From Camelus ferus (Eukaryota): a stretch of DNA of 64,000 nt. The stretch spans positions 16,678,001 through 16,742,000 of the forward strand of contig NC_045706.1 of assembly GCF_009834535.1 (NCBI RefSeq), written 5' to 3'. Positions 47,196 to 58,853 of the stretch are shown here, in pieces. Under the pieces are notes generated by a model that saw only the letters and a list, made by a program, of their open reading frames with translations, had not been told where the DNA came from and did not search any database. Made by a program: the position numbers and the translations under genes. Within the stretch, counting starts at the first letter, position 1; each line of letters opens with the position of its first letter.

Positions 47196-49311
47196 GATGT
47201 CCTGCATTTGTAGTTAAAAGTTCCTTCATAATTCACTGTACAAACAGTTCTTATTTGATTTCACATAGGACTTTATTAAAGTGCTTACAAGGAAAGATCT
47301 TACATAAATTTATGAGCCTGCAGTGTATGATTGTATTATTGACACAGAGCACTTCAGATTTGATCAAGCATTTGGAGATGTAGGCACCTACATCTTAGCT
47401 CCTCCCCTCCTTAGTAAATGTTCATATCCCAGGGATGTTCTGTGGGTTTCTGTAAATATTCTCCTAAATGTGGTGCTTCTGTCATATTTTAATACGTTTA
47501 AGTTTATAAAAGTATCAACTGTAAGTGTCGGGTTTTTCCCACTAGTTCGTAATAGTTGCTAAAAATAGTTTACTTTCTTGACAAGTATTTTGCTAGAGCA
47601 CGTTTTCTGTGGATGCTTTGAAAGTGCTCCAATGCAGCCCTCTCTCAAGTGTGTGCCCTCTGGAAAGGGTGTTAAACAGGTGCCTCGTGATGCCACCTGT
47701 GCCTCTTGGGTGCACGATGGCCCATGACAGGCTCTGAACCTGATCAACAGCCGAGATGGTCCCATCTGTTCTGTGCTTTCTACTTGAGCCCCTCTAGTCT
47801 CCTCTGGCGTGTTGTTGCCATGACTATGCACTCACCCTTTGGTGCATTCCTTCTTTCCTTTGCACTAGCAACTTTTCTTGTTGCTGCCAAATATTGCCTT
47901 CCCTTTACTATAGCAAAATTCTTTTTATAGCCACTCACTCTCTTTAAGTGAATATTAATTTTGAAATCTAATCTTTTAATGTTTAGTCCTATATTCATTA
48001 ATGTTAGTCCTATTTATTTCCTTTTTAAACACCTTACAGTCCGGTGCACACATAGCTAGTAACACTCTAATATACAAATACAAAGGCATTTTCTTAATTG
48101 TTGTCCACAGCGTCTGTGATGTCCACACTGCGGCCTGGCCTCACTGAGATGTTGCTTTTGCTCCTTTCGTTCTCATGGCCCTCTTGTCTCCTGTCTTCAT
48201 GGTCCCACTTTTCTCCAGCTCGTCCTTGCCTCCCATCCCCTGCTAGATGGTCCTGGTGGTGTAACTGGATCCTCTGATTTTTTTCTTTTTTAAAGTTAAT
48301 TTTGTCTGAATTTTTTTTTTAATGAAAGCACCCAATATTTTACATGTTGGTAGAACAAATTGTGGATCAAGTAAACTGCCTCTTTGGGCCATTAACATCT
48401 TGCCAGCTGCCAGGTCACGTCTTTTGGCCTAGGAAAAAGACCAGTCAAAGATACCCCTTTCAGGAGCCAGAAGGCAATCCGTTGTTGGGAGGTTGACCTT
48501 ATCGGAGCTGATCAGGGATCGAGCCTCGAAGGATGCCTTTGGTGAGGACCATGGGTGATATGTAACAGGCAGTGAGCTTCTGAGTCAAGCCTTGATGTCG
48601 GGCTCCTTGCGAGGCCTGTATGAAGGAAAGCCTCTTTCTTTGGTCTCTCCTTGCCCTCTGTGTACAGGGGCCAGTTTGCAAACCAACAAAATGATTTTAT
48701 TACTGTATGTGCCAAGCGTCATGCTGATCACTTGATGATTGTCCTAGACTCCAAAAGGAAACTGAATGTAAGTGATTGCTCAAGGTCGTGTTGCTGGCGG
48801 GCTGTGAGGCTGGTTTTCAAACTTGATCTTCAACATTGCATTTTACAAGTGCTCAGTGGGAGCGCTCAGCCTCCCTGGTGGGTCCAAGTATGGAAGAGAG
48901 AACAAATAACACTGAAACAATCTGGAGGTGACGTTTATTTGGGAGGGGTTTTGAGCACAAGGCAGGCTCTGAAGCCTTCCACTGTGTTCACTGGGTTGGA
49001 AGAGTCTCTGTCTGTTGTGCAGAGGGAGGAAGTTGCATGCTCTGCACGCTGCAGTCCTGGCCCCTCCATCTGGGATCAGGAGATACCCCTTCCCTCCAAG
49101 GCACTGCAGAAATCACTTCTAAATCTGCAGTCCTGGGACAGGAATGGAATTAACGGGGCCACAGCTTTCTAATCCTTTAAGGCTCCAAACTGCAAGTCAT
49201 TTTTTACATGAAGTTTGTTTCCATCTCTGGATTGGGAATTGTTTCACAACCTCTGTTTTGTTGGAGACCTCCAGCCTCATTAACTTTTCCCCATAGAAGT
49301 TCCCTCCCGAG

Positions 49312-49767
49312 AGTCGATGGAAATAACAACACACAACATGAGAGCTGTGAGTTTCTGGTTTTTTGGGGGACATACTGGGGACTATAGCCTTGGAGACAGC
49401 CTCGCAGATATCTCTGAGTAACCGCTCCAAAGAGGTAGAGAGAGAGGTCAGCATATATGTGATTGCTGGAGAAAGCGTATGTACAATCAAGCATACATCT
49501 CGGAAGGTTGCTGCTAGACACGAAACACAGATGTCTCATTTAATGATTGTAGTGCTTGTCTGAGTATGAGAAGATGCAAGAAACTGGGTTCATAAAATTT
49601 TCTCCTGCAAATATCTATCTGAAGGTCTGTTCTGCCAGTTTTTCTCAGAACACAAAGTGCCTCATTCCTGATCTCCACCCCGCACTCCTTTCAGTTAAAG
49701 GTCAGTGACTGCAGTGGCTAATGACTCAGTCCTTGTAGAGTCGGATGGCCAGTGACATTCATTGGCA
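49312..49767 (-). mobile_element. Solo ERV1 LTR, MER41-like (ends approximate)
   Basis: ggactatagccttggagacagcctc...gaagatgcaagaaactgggttcataaa...tgcctcattcctgatctccacc resembles the ruminant MER41-type consensus as I recall it. Confidence 0.7.
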
Positions 49768-52700
49768 CAGAGCAGGCAAATTATTTTGGAAAGTACATCT
49801 GAAGTGGGTGGTGGAACACAGCCATTGCCTTTGATCAGGATGAAACTTAATTTTCATTGGCAACAACCTGCATTTAGGTCATTCTTGATGAAAATTCATC
49901 ATGCTTCTCTAATCTATTGAACCCAGGGGGTCAGCATAAATGGTGTGTCTATGGGTCCGGTTTTAAGTCAGCTTTACTAACAATAAAATCTTGTCAGTGC
50001 CCAGAAAATCATCCTATATAAATAAAGGTGAAATGTAGAGATTGAAAGAGTAATTGTCAGAAAGTGCTTATGGGTCTCATGACACTGTGAGGGACCAGGA
50101 AGTGGCAGACATTGAATATGACGGTTACTGCAGCAAATTCAACCACACGAGCCCAAGAAGACAGACGCCAAGAACCAGATGAATTCCCGAAAAGCTGTAA
50201 GGAAATCAGTTTTTAAAATTACAGGGTAATTTTATGGAGCAAATGCTTTACTACTTAAAGTGACCCCCTGGCAAGGTTTTTAGTTATATGAAATTCATCA
50301 AGTCTGAAATTACAGTTAGTAACTGGTTATATGACTCTGGGCAAACTCTTGATTTCTCTCATTTATAGATTAGGGCAAAGAATAATGACCCCACATCTAT
50401 TATATCTAACATGGGAGTGTTGGGAAAGCCACCGGAGCCAGTGGGTGGTGCTTTGAAAATGTAATTTAGTCTCTAAGTGTAAAGACTGGCTTCTCTCATG
50501 ATATTGGGTTTTCTTGAGGCAGAGTTCTTGCAGTAGATTTTGTAGGACCCTATTCGTATCCCTGTGGCCACCTGGGGGTCACCCAGGGACGTTCCTGCAC
50601 CCTTGTCTGCCTGGATCTCCCTGCTGAGGGTGTTCTCTGAGTCAGGAGTATGTGGGGCCCACAGAGCACGCAGGAAGTTCCTGGGGAGTCAGTACCAGCA
50701 AAGGGTAGAAACTAGAGATACGAAGAAGCCCCTCACTGGAACAATTTGGAGGGTTCCCAATGGGATTAAGCTCTAGTTGGCCATCCTTCTCCCTCTTCCT
50801 GTCCCTTACCGGTGCTTCCTGACATCAGCTCACACATAAAGGACCTGCAGCCGAATCCTGTCTCAGGAGCTGCTTTTAGGGAAGCCTGAACTGACACAGT
50901 CCTTGTGACTATTCACTGATTAGATGCTCAGCACAGTGATGTCGAGTTAGTGTTTCCAAAGTCTTACCAGCACATGGTCGCAGAATAAGTGGGGAGAGAG
51001 AGAACCTGGCATATCTAGTTCCCAGCTTGAGATCTGTGTTTGAAGATGGTGGTGAGGAATGGATCTGTAAACACTGCCCCGCCTCCTTTGGTTGCCAGTG
51101 AGAAAGATCAATGTGGTGGTTAGAGAGATTAGAATTCAAGGTGGTAAATGTTCAGGGAGTGTTACTGTTATCAGTAGCCAATATTGACAGAGTCTAGAGG
51201 TAGGCAGGGGAGAGGATACCAAGCGTAAAGCATGGTGTTCACCTAGGAGCAGCGCACAGTCTCCTAGGGGACCCACAACGTTACCCAAGAAAGGTTACCT
51301 AATCATACTGTAGTTGGTCAAGGCAAATGCAGAGCCTGCTGTGGGCGATCCGGGTGGTGTCACTGAGGCGCCCCATGGCAGTCAGACTTTAACTGGGCCT
51401 GGAAGGAAGGGCAAGAACCGGAGAGTGGGAACAGGAATCCTTTCAAAATCTCACCTGAGAACTAAATTGGAGTAAACTTAACATTAAGGCTCATGTACAC
51501 GACCTGAGAACATGGGTGACAAGCGGGCATACTTCAGCCTGCAGACTTGCCTAGTTTGGTCATTTAAAAATGTTAAACAGAGTCAACGTTTAAGATATCG
51601 GATTTTTCTAAAATCTAAAATAGTGAAATTCTAGCTTTTGTTAAAACGATTGTAAAGCCTGGCAGCACTGGGCCCGCACTGCACGTGGAACAATGGGCTG
51701 GTAATGAACACAGGTCATTTACACCGGGCATGCGCCCTTGCGTTTGTTATGGTTCCCGAGGCGGGAGGGTCCGCGGGCACTGAGGTCAGGGGTCATTGAA
51801 GTATTGGGCATGCGCACTTTTGTTTTCGTTTTCCAAACCGAAGAGCGATGTGTCTAAATGCACGTCTTTATTTAAAATGGAGAAAAGAAAGCCATTTGAG
51901 TGTGCAGATGGGGAGAATAAAGTAATACGTATCGAGGAGGAACTAACTATAATCTGCAGTCGCTGAGCAAGCAGCTTTACAGGCACGCCCAGACCGTCCC
52001 CACTGTACAGACCGGGAAGCAGAGGCGCGAAAATCTTGGGAAGCCGCTCAAGGTTCTTGAGGGCAGCATGGCCAGCCTGCTGTTCTTTCTGTGGAACTCT
52101 GGAGTTTCCTTGACCTGGGCTTCTTGCCGAGTGTTTGGATTTCATGATCTGCGTGTTTGGTAAGTCCCCACTGTCACCACATTTGGCGGTGGGATAGGGA
52201 TGAGGGTCGTGGAGGGAAAGGGAGGGTGATGCCCTAGGATGTGGGGCCTTATGGTTTCCACCTCTAGTTTACGGCCTGGCTCCCAGCACCCAAACGTCTG
52301 CCTCAGGCGTTAAACCCGCCCAATCCAGGACAAAGGGGCCGCGGCTGGTTCAGGAGGGGAAGAGAGGACTGGCGTGGAGCGTGAGGGGTGGGCCAACCCC
52401 TGGTCTGGGACCGTTGGGGGATGAAAAGAAGACCATGGCCATGAAGTCAGGGGCGAGTCCATTTTCAAGGCTTTCTTCGGGTACAGAACCCAGACCCGCC
52501 AACAGACTAGAGTTTTGGTTGCCCGCGCAGGAGTCTGGGTGCTTTCGAGTTATCTTTGTGACCTGCCTGCGGCCGAAGCGTCTCTAGCTTTGTGATTCAG
52601 TGCCCAGAATCCAGCTCAGGCTCCCCGGGTTCGAATCCCAGTTCCACGCTCACCAGCCCCGCGCCACCTGGCACCTGTTTCTTTGATTGGCTTTCTCCAC

Positions 52701-53053
52701 CTGATATCCAAGGAAGTAACAAATGTTCACGAAGCATTTAACGCTAACCGTGGCAGACAGAAATGCTTTATAAGTGTTAGCTCTGTTCAAGTTCACTTTC
52801 CCCAGGACCCTCTGCTTTTTCTGCCTCCACCTGCCCTCTCGCTCCCTCAGCCAGCGATTCCCAGAATATTCTGACAGGTGCTGTGAAAGCCACCGCGTGA
52901 ACAGGGGCAACCGTGGTCCTGACCCCAGGACTTTACGCTTCCCCAGCCTCCTCAGCCTCCCTGAGGTCGTCCAGTTTCTGGGGAGACTTTTGCTAGAATC
53001 TGGCCCCACCCGCACCGGGCTGCAGGGTGTGGCCACGCCGCGCATCCCAGCGC

Positions 53054-53072
53054 TGTCCACGAGGTGGCGCTG
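53054..53072 (+). promoter_or_regulatory. Strong CTCF motif
   Basis: TGTCCACGAGGTGGCGCTG versus consensus TGGCCACCAGGGGGCGCTA; the core invariant positions match. Confidence 0.75.
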
Positions 53073-55989
53073 GAACTTCATCTTGGGCTCCCAGGCCCAG
53101 GGCTGAAAGCAGGATGCCGCCGCCCAGACCCTGGGACTAGAGTGTGTGCTTCCTGGGGGGCTTTGGGTGCTCCTTAACAGCGGGGCTTCCCACTGCCTAC
53201 CACAAAGGAGACTTCAGGATGGATCCTCCAAGTGGAGGAAAGGGAAGGGAAGAGACAGAAACGGGGAGGGGTGGGATATAAGGGGCAGCAGTGGGCGTGG
53301 TTCCTGCAGCCCCGAGGTTTCCTGTCTGTGGCCTTGTCTCTGCCCGGTGTTCTGTGCTACTCCAGGCTCTGGTCTCTTTTCACTCTCTCTGGTCCCCTGC
53401 CTACCCCTGCTTTGCGGTGCATTTTCAATACACCTTTCTGCCCCTGTTAATACCTCCGGAGCCCTCCAGACCAATTCTTGCTTTGCCCTCCCTCTTCACT
53501 GCAGGCAAACCCAACAACTCGCCGCTTCCTTTCCCTGCTCCACGCCTTTGCTTCTGATTTCTTTGTCACCACCTCTGCATGTTTAAATCTTAGTTTTTCT
53601 CCTTGGGTCACCTGGAAGTGATTGTTCTGTCCCATCACAAAGGCATGGGGCCCGGTGTCAGGCTGAACACCAACTCCGGTGTCTGGGGCTGGGGTGCGGG
53701 TTACTGCCTTCCCGAGTCCTGTGCGGGAGGGGTTCTGAAGGCCATGAGCAGTCTGAGAAGCAGAGTGACGGACTGAGCCCTCCGCCCTGGTGTGGGTGCA
53801 CGGGGTGGGTGGCCTGGACTATGGACCTGACTCACAGCTCCCTGAGGGCAGGAACTGCGTTTGATTAGCTGTAACCCTGGAGAGCGTTTCCTGGAGTGGC
53901 CTCCTTTTGGCAAAACAAGCATCAAGATTTGATTGTCTTGGAGATGCGGGTGCCAAGGGGACTGAAGCAGGGCCCCTTTGCTGCCTGTCACCCACCGGAT
54001 GGGGAGCATTGAGGATGCTGGCCGTGACTGCAGAGTGACGGGGCCAGGTTGGGCCATTGCTTTTCTCCTTTGCTCTGTGCCTGGGGTTCCAAGCCCATTC
54101 GGCCCTCATTGCTCTTACTTAAGCAGTGAGCTCCAGTCCCTCTTCCTCCCCTGTTGTGGTCCACGTGCATGCTTCTCCACCCCTGGAGAGTGGGGTGCTG
54201 GTGGTTTCAGGAGTCCTATAGCCCGGCTTGCCTTTTAGAAGGGGAGAATGGGTACCTCCCATGCTTCCCGGAAGTGCCTCCGGGATGCCTGAATCATATG
54301 AGAACTTCACTGCTAGCAAAGACTTTGCTGGCTCTAAACTGACTTCCTCCTGACAGGGCTACCATATTAAGTCTTACTTTCAGTGTAAGTTTGAGCCTTA
54401 GCAAAACTGACATCCACAGAGCAAGCTGGGGAAGGTGGTAGGGAGAATTCGAACTGTGTCTGGGACCTGTGGGAAGATGAGGAGACTGAGGAGAAGCTCG
54501 GGGAGTGATACAGGGGCTGGAAGGCTGGTCTCCGGCACTTCACAGTTTTGCCTTGGGCGGGTGCCCCTCTGGGAAGGTTAGCCTTCCTCCCTGCCCCAGG
54601 GATGAAGGTCCAAGTGGAGCCTGGCCCTTCCAGCCACTAGAGGGCGCAAGCACACTGCAGTGTGGCTTCAAAGGCAGCTGATAGTGGGAGAGGTTTGGGG
54701 TGTCTCAGGGCCCTGAGAAATGCCATAGTGCCTGGAACTGCAGCCTCCCATCCTCTGCGCCCCCTCCTCCCCTATGCTGTTCAGACATGCCTGCTGTTTC
54801 CTTGGGCATCTCGCAGACCAGCTCTGGCCCCCTGATGCTAACATGAGCCCCGGAGAGTGGGGACCCCTGGCCAGGGCTGGGGGGCTCTGAGCTGCTGTGA
54901 TGAACGTCAGAGGGGCTCCCTGAGCTGGCCCCAGTGTGTGTGCTCGGGTCTGCCTGCCCAGGAGCCTGCGAGTGCCCTCGGCCTCCTCCCTGCAGGGTGA
55001 GTTTCCTGGGAAAGAGAATCTGTCTTTGGCGTATGTGTCCCTGTTCCTTCATCCTTCAGGGCCCAGCTGGATCCTGCACTCAGTAGGAGCCCCTCAGTCC
55101 CCTGGACCTGGGTGCCCACGGGGTGTCGGCTCCCTGGATGGGGTGGTGGCCGCCCCTGGGGAAACAGTGAGTGGGTGAGGAGGTGATGGCCCTGCAGGAT
55201 TGGGCTCAGAGGCAGCTGAAGGGTTAGGGGTACCGAGGGAGGAGGAGGAGGAGGGAGGGTCTCTATCCAGAGGAGGTTTGGCCCAGGGGCCACCCTGGCC
55301 TGCCACTGTTTGAGAACCAGGAAACCGACTCATGAAGCTAGCTCTGCTCTGGGCTTCCGGAGTCTTCTAAGCTCCAGGCTGCTCTGGGCCAGGGAACCAA
55401 GGGGGAATGTTTTCCTGATTCCACCCTGGCCTTCAGCCATGGGGCCAAGCTCTCCAGAGGAGCTGGGGAGACTGACCGTCCTGGGCTCCTGGGGCCTGCG
55501 TGCTCCATGGGGTCCCCAGAGGCCCCGACAGCTGCAGGCGCAGGTGTCACGTCTGCAGGGGTTTTGGTGGTTGATGTGAGTCTCGCTGCCAGCATCTCGG
55601 AACATTGCTGGCCTGGGCAGGGGGCTGCATCGAGTTCTTGTGTGGGTTTCCTGCCTTAATAATGTGGGCTGTGGGCACACTGGCCGGGCTGCACATCCTT
55701 CTCCCAGGGGATAGCAGTTAGTTGTGTGATGGGCTTGTGTGAAATGTTAATTTTAAAAATCGCTGGTTGATGGTTTCCATCATGACGAGGGTCTTGGTGT
55801 TGGCATTTGTCCAGAGCCTGGGGATTTGTGCGACGTCAGTGTGGAACACGAGGGGATCCAGGGAGCGGGGTGGGGGTGGAGGGTTAGACATGATGATGCC
55901 TCTGAAGGCAAGGGTGATAGAGGGGTCATGTTATAAATGCAGTTTGCAGGAGGAAACCAGACATGGTGGACAATGGCCAGATTTCCACC

Positions 55990-56110
55990 CAGTCTGTACT
56001 GCAGTGTAACTATAAGTGTGACTTTATTAGAGGAGGAGAGGCTCAGAGAGGTTGAGATTCTTGCCCAGGGCCACACAGCACAGCAGAGACAGAGCAAGGC
56101 TCAGAAGGTA
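55990..56110. mobile_element. MIR
   Basis: ttattagaggaggagaggctcagagaggttgagattcttgcccagggccacacagc. Confidence 0.65.
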
Positions 56111-56597
56111 GATTTATGCATCATGATCTTCAGGGTTCTTTCTGCAAAATGGATCCCTGAAAAGTTGGCAGCTCAGAGTTCAGTCCGTCAGATCATGTTT
56201 ACAGAGTGCTTACTGCGTGCTAGGTGCCGAGGACAGCTCGGAGGGTAACGGGGGTGCAGGCAAGTGAACAGCCCATTACGACATAAGGGTGGTGGTGAGC
56301 CCAGGCGGGGTGGCAGGGTGACTCAGAGGAGGGACCCACCTCAGCTGAGTGGGGTATCAAGCAAGTCTTCTTGGAGGACATGAAAAATAGTTGAAAAATA
56401 AATGCAGTAATTTGATGCCCTGTTGAGAATGTTGTCAAAGACACAGAGAACAGGCACTAACAAACAAACGAATAACAGGAATACCTGGCGGTGCTGGAGC
56501 TCTTATTAGACACTAGCCCCTGCAAGGCGGGAGTCCTTACCCAGAGGAGACTGGGGCTCCGGGAGAGCCGGGAGCTGGGCGTCTGCTGGCCAGAGGT

Positions 56598-57010
56598 CTT
56601 TAAAAAAAAATCCATGTTCATCCCAGGAAACACACGCCCAAGTGGAGAGAATATGTAACGAGCTCCAGGCTCCCATCACTTACCTTCAACAGTTACCAGC
56701 TCAGGACTGGTTCCATTTCATCTGTATCCTCTCCGGTCCCCAACGTCTGCATTATTTCAGAGCAGATCCCTGACGTCCTATCGCTTCATCCGGAAGTACT
56801 TTGGCCAGCAGCTCAAAAGGATAATAGCTCTTTAAAAAAAATATAATCATAAGGCCATTATCACACCTAAAAACATCAGCAGTCACTCTGGTCGGTGTTC
56901 AGCGGCCTCAAATTTTGGTGTAATGGTTGATCAGGATCCAAGTAAGAGCCACACGTGGCAAGTCAGGTCTTTTCAGTTTCTTCTGAGCTGTAGGTTTCCT
57001 CTCCCTCTCA
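56598..57010 (-). mobile_element. Old L1M (MC/ME-type) 3' fragment
   Basis: ttcagagcagatccctgacgtc...cattatcacacctaaaaac...atcaggatccaagtaagagccacac. Confidence 0.6.
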
Positions 57011-57224
57011 GTTTCCCCTCGCAGCGCACTTAAGCAATGGGGTCAGTTATTCCGTGGTTTCCCACACCTGGCTGTTGGCATCTTCGGGGTCCTGTCCCAC
57101 ATGTTCCTCTGTCCCCTGTATTTCCCGGAATCTGGAACTTGGATCTGGAGTCTTGGTCTGATTTAGGTTTAATTTTTGTAGTGCCAGCATTCTCAAAGCA
57201 CAAAATCAAAAGGCAGCTGGAGCA

Positions 57225-57318
57225 GTGTGCATGTGTGTAAGTCTGTGCCCGTGTGTGCATATGTGTGTGTGCATGCCTGTGTGTGCGCACACGTGTGCAT
57301 GTTCCTGTGTGCATGTGC
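57225..57318. repeat. Imperfect (TG)n/(CA)n alternating purine-pyrimidine tract
   Basis: Read directly. Confidence 0.85.
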
Positions 57319-58189
57319 CCCTCCCTTTGGCCACCTCCCAGAAGCCACTGCTCTCCTGTTGCCACAGGCTCCTTTCAAGGTTACAAAACTGCTTCAAGGC
57401 TACATGTCAAGGAGCAGATACAAAGTGTCTCCTTTCTCAAAGCCAGTCCGCTGGGCTGCTGCCTCAGAGAAGTCGTCTGCAGTGGAGAGCAACTTTATTT
57501 TGATGCCTGCTTACCAGTTTCCTCCTGCCGCCTCCTTCTGTTGCCCGTATTTTGACTTAGGGTCTTTCCTGTCAGGGACCTTAAACTGTCTGAAGACCCA
57601 GCCTTTCCCTCCCATTCGCTCCCCGCATTTAGCACCAGCTCTCTGCCAGAGCTGAGAAGTTAGATGTGAGCTTCTTCCACTACGGAGGTCCCGTGGGCTG
57701 AGGGGCAGACTGACATGGAAACTGCAGTGACAACAATCACCTGAACCCCTGGCCAGAAGTCCCAGGCATGCCCTGGAAACAGAGGAGAGGGGCTGGGGAG
57801 GACCAGGAAGCACAGTCTGCTCCCTGCCTCTCCTGCTGGATGGAAATCACCATCCCAGCCAAAGACTGAGCCTGGAGGTGTCAGCTGCAAAGTGAAGAAA
57901 GGTCTTGTGCTCAGTGTTTCAGATGCCTGTCCCGGCAACAGAAATGCTGGCTCTGGGAGCCATCCGTCGACACATGGGTATTTCCTGAGCACCCACCTCA
58001 TCTGTGTGTGTGGCGGGGAAGAAAGGGTCATCTCGTACCCTCAACGTGTGTGGCCCGATGGTCAGCTGATGCCCAGCTGTCCAAAGAACGGGGAGGCGTT
58101 CTTGACCCCACGTGTTTGCCCCTTACATTCAATCCATGGCAAACTGTGTCAGCTCAACCTTCAAAACAGATTTTATTTTATCATTATTA

Positions 58190-58258
58190 TTTTTTTGATG
58201 GAGGTACTGGGGATTGAACCCAGGATGCATCGTAGGCCCCTGCTCTACCACTGCCCCC
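58190..58258 (-). mobile_element. Degenerate vic-1-like SINE
   Basis: ggaggtactggggattgaacccagg...tgctctaccact; same family as 34881-34970. Confidence 0.7.
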
Positions 58259-58422
58259 TCAGGGCAGATTTTACGTCTGCCCCCTTCTCTCTGTCATTTC
58301 CCCATTGCTCCCCGCCAACCCTTACCTTCTTTCTTATTTACGCTCATCCAGTCCTTGCACTGCAGCCAGAGTCCTGTTTTTATAACATAAATCCCACCAT
58401 GCTTGTTTTCTACCTAAAGTCC

Positions 58423-58853
58423 TGTGGTGGCTTAAATCGCGTTCCCCCAAACTCATGTCTATCTGGAGCCTCAGAGCGTGACCTTACTTGGAAATAGATT
58501 CTTTGCAGGTGTTGGTAAAATAAGGTTATACTTGATTAAAGTGGGCTTTGGACCCAGTGACTGGTGTCCTAAGAAGAGAAGAGGACTTGGAGAGACACAG
58601 AGAGAAGAAAGCCACGTGAACGGAGGCGGGTTGGAAGGATGCACGTAAGCCAAGGGTACCAAGGGTTGCCCCCAGCCGGGAGGAGCTAAGAAGAGACACA
58701 GGAGGCTTCTTCCCTGGAGCCTCCAGAGGGAGCGTAGTCCTGCCAACATCTTGAATTCAGATTTCTCCCTTCTAGAACCAGGAATACATTTTTGTAGTTT
58801 TAGGCTATCCAGTTTGTGGTGCTTTGTTATGGCCGCCGTGGGAAACCGATAAA
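58423..58853 (+). mobile_element. MaLR LTR (MLT1-type), nested in an L2 remnant
   Basis: tgtggtggcttaaat...gtgaccttacttggaaatag...ccagtttgtggtgctttgttatggccgcc. Confidence 0.85.

Noticed and set aside
48651-49172. 173-aa ORF downstream of GPAM
   Set aside because: No recognisable domain, TTG start, no codon or splice signature.
57892-58497. 201-aa ORF, longest in the track
   Set aside because: Runs through a SINE, L2 and MLT1 LTR; chance.
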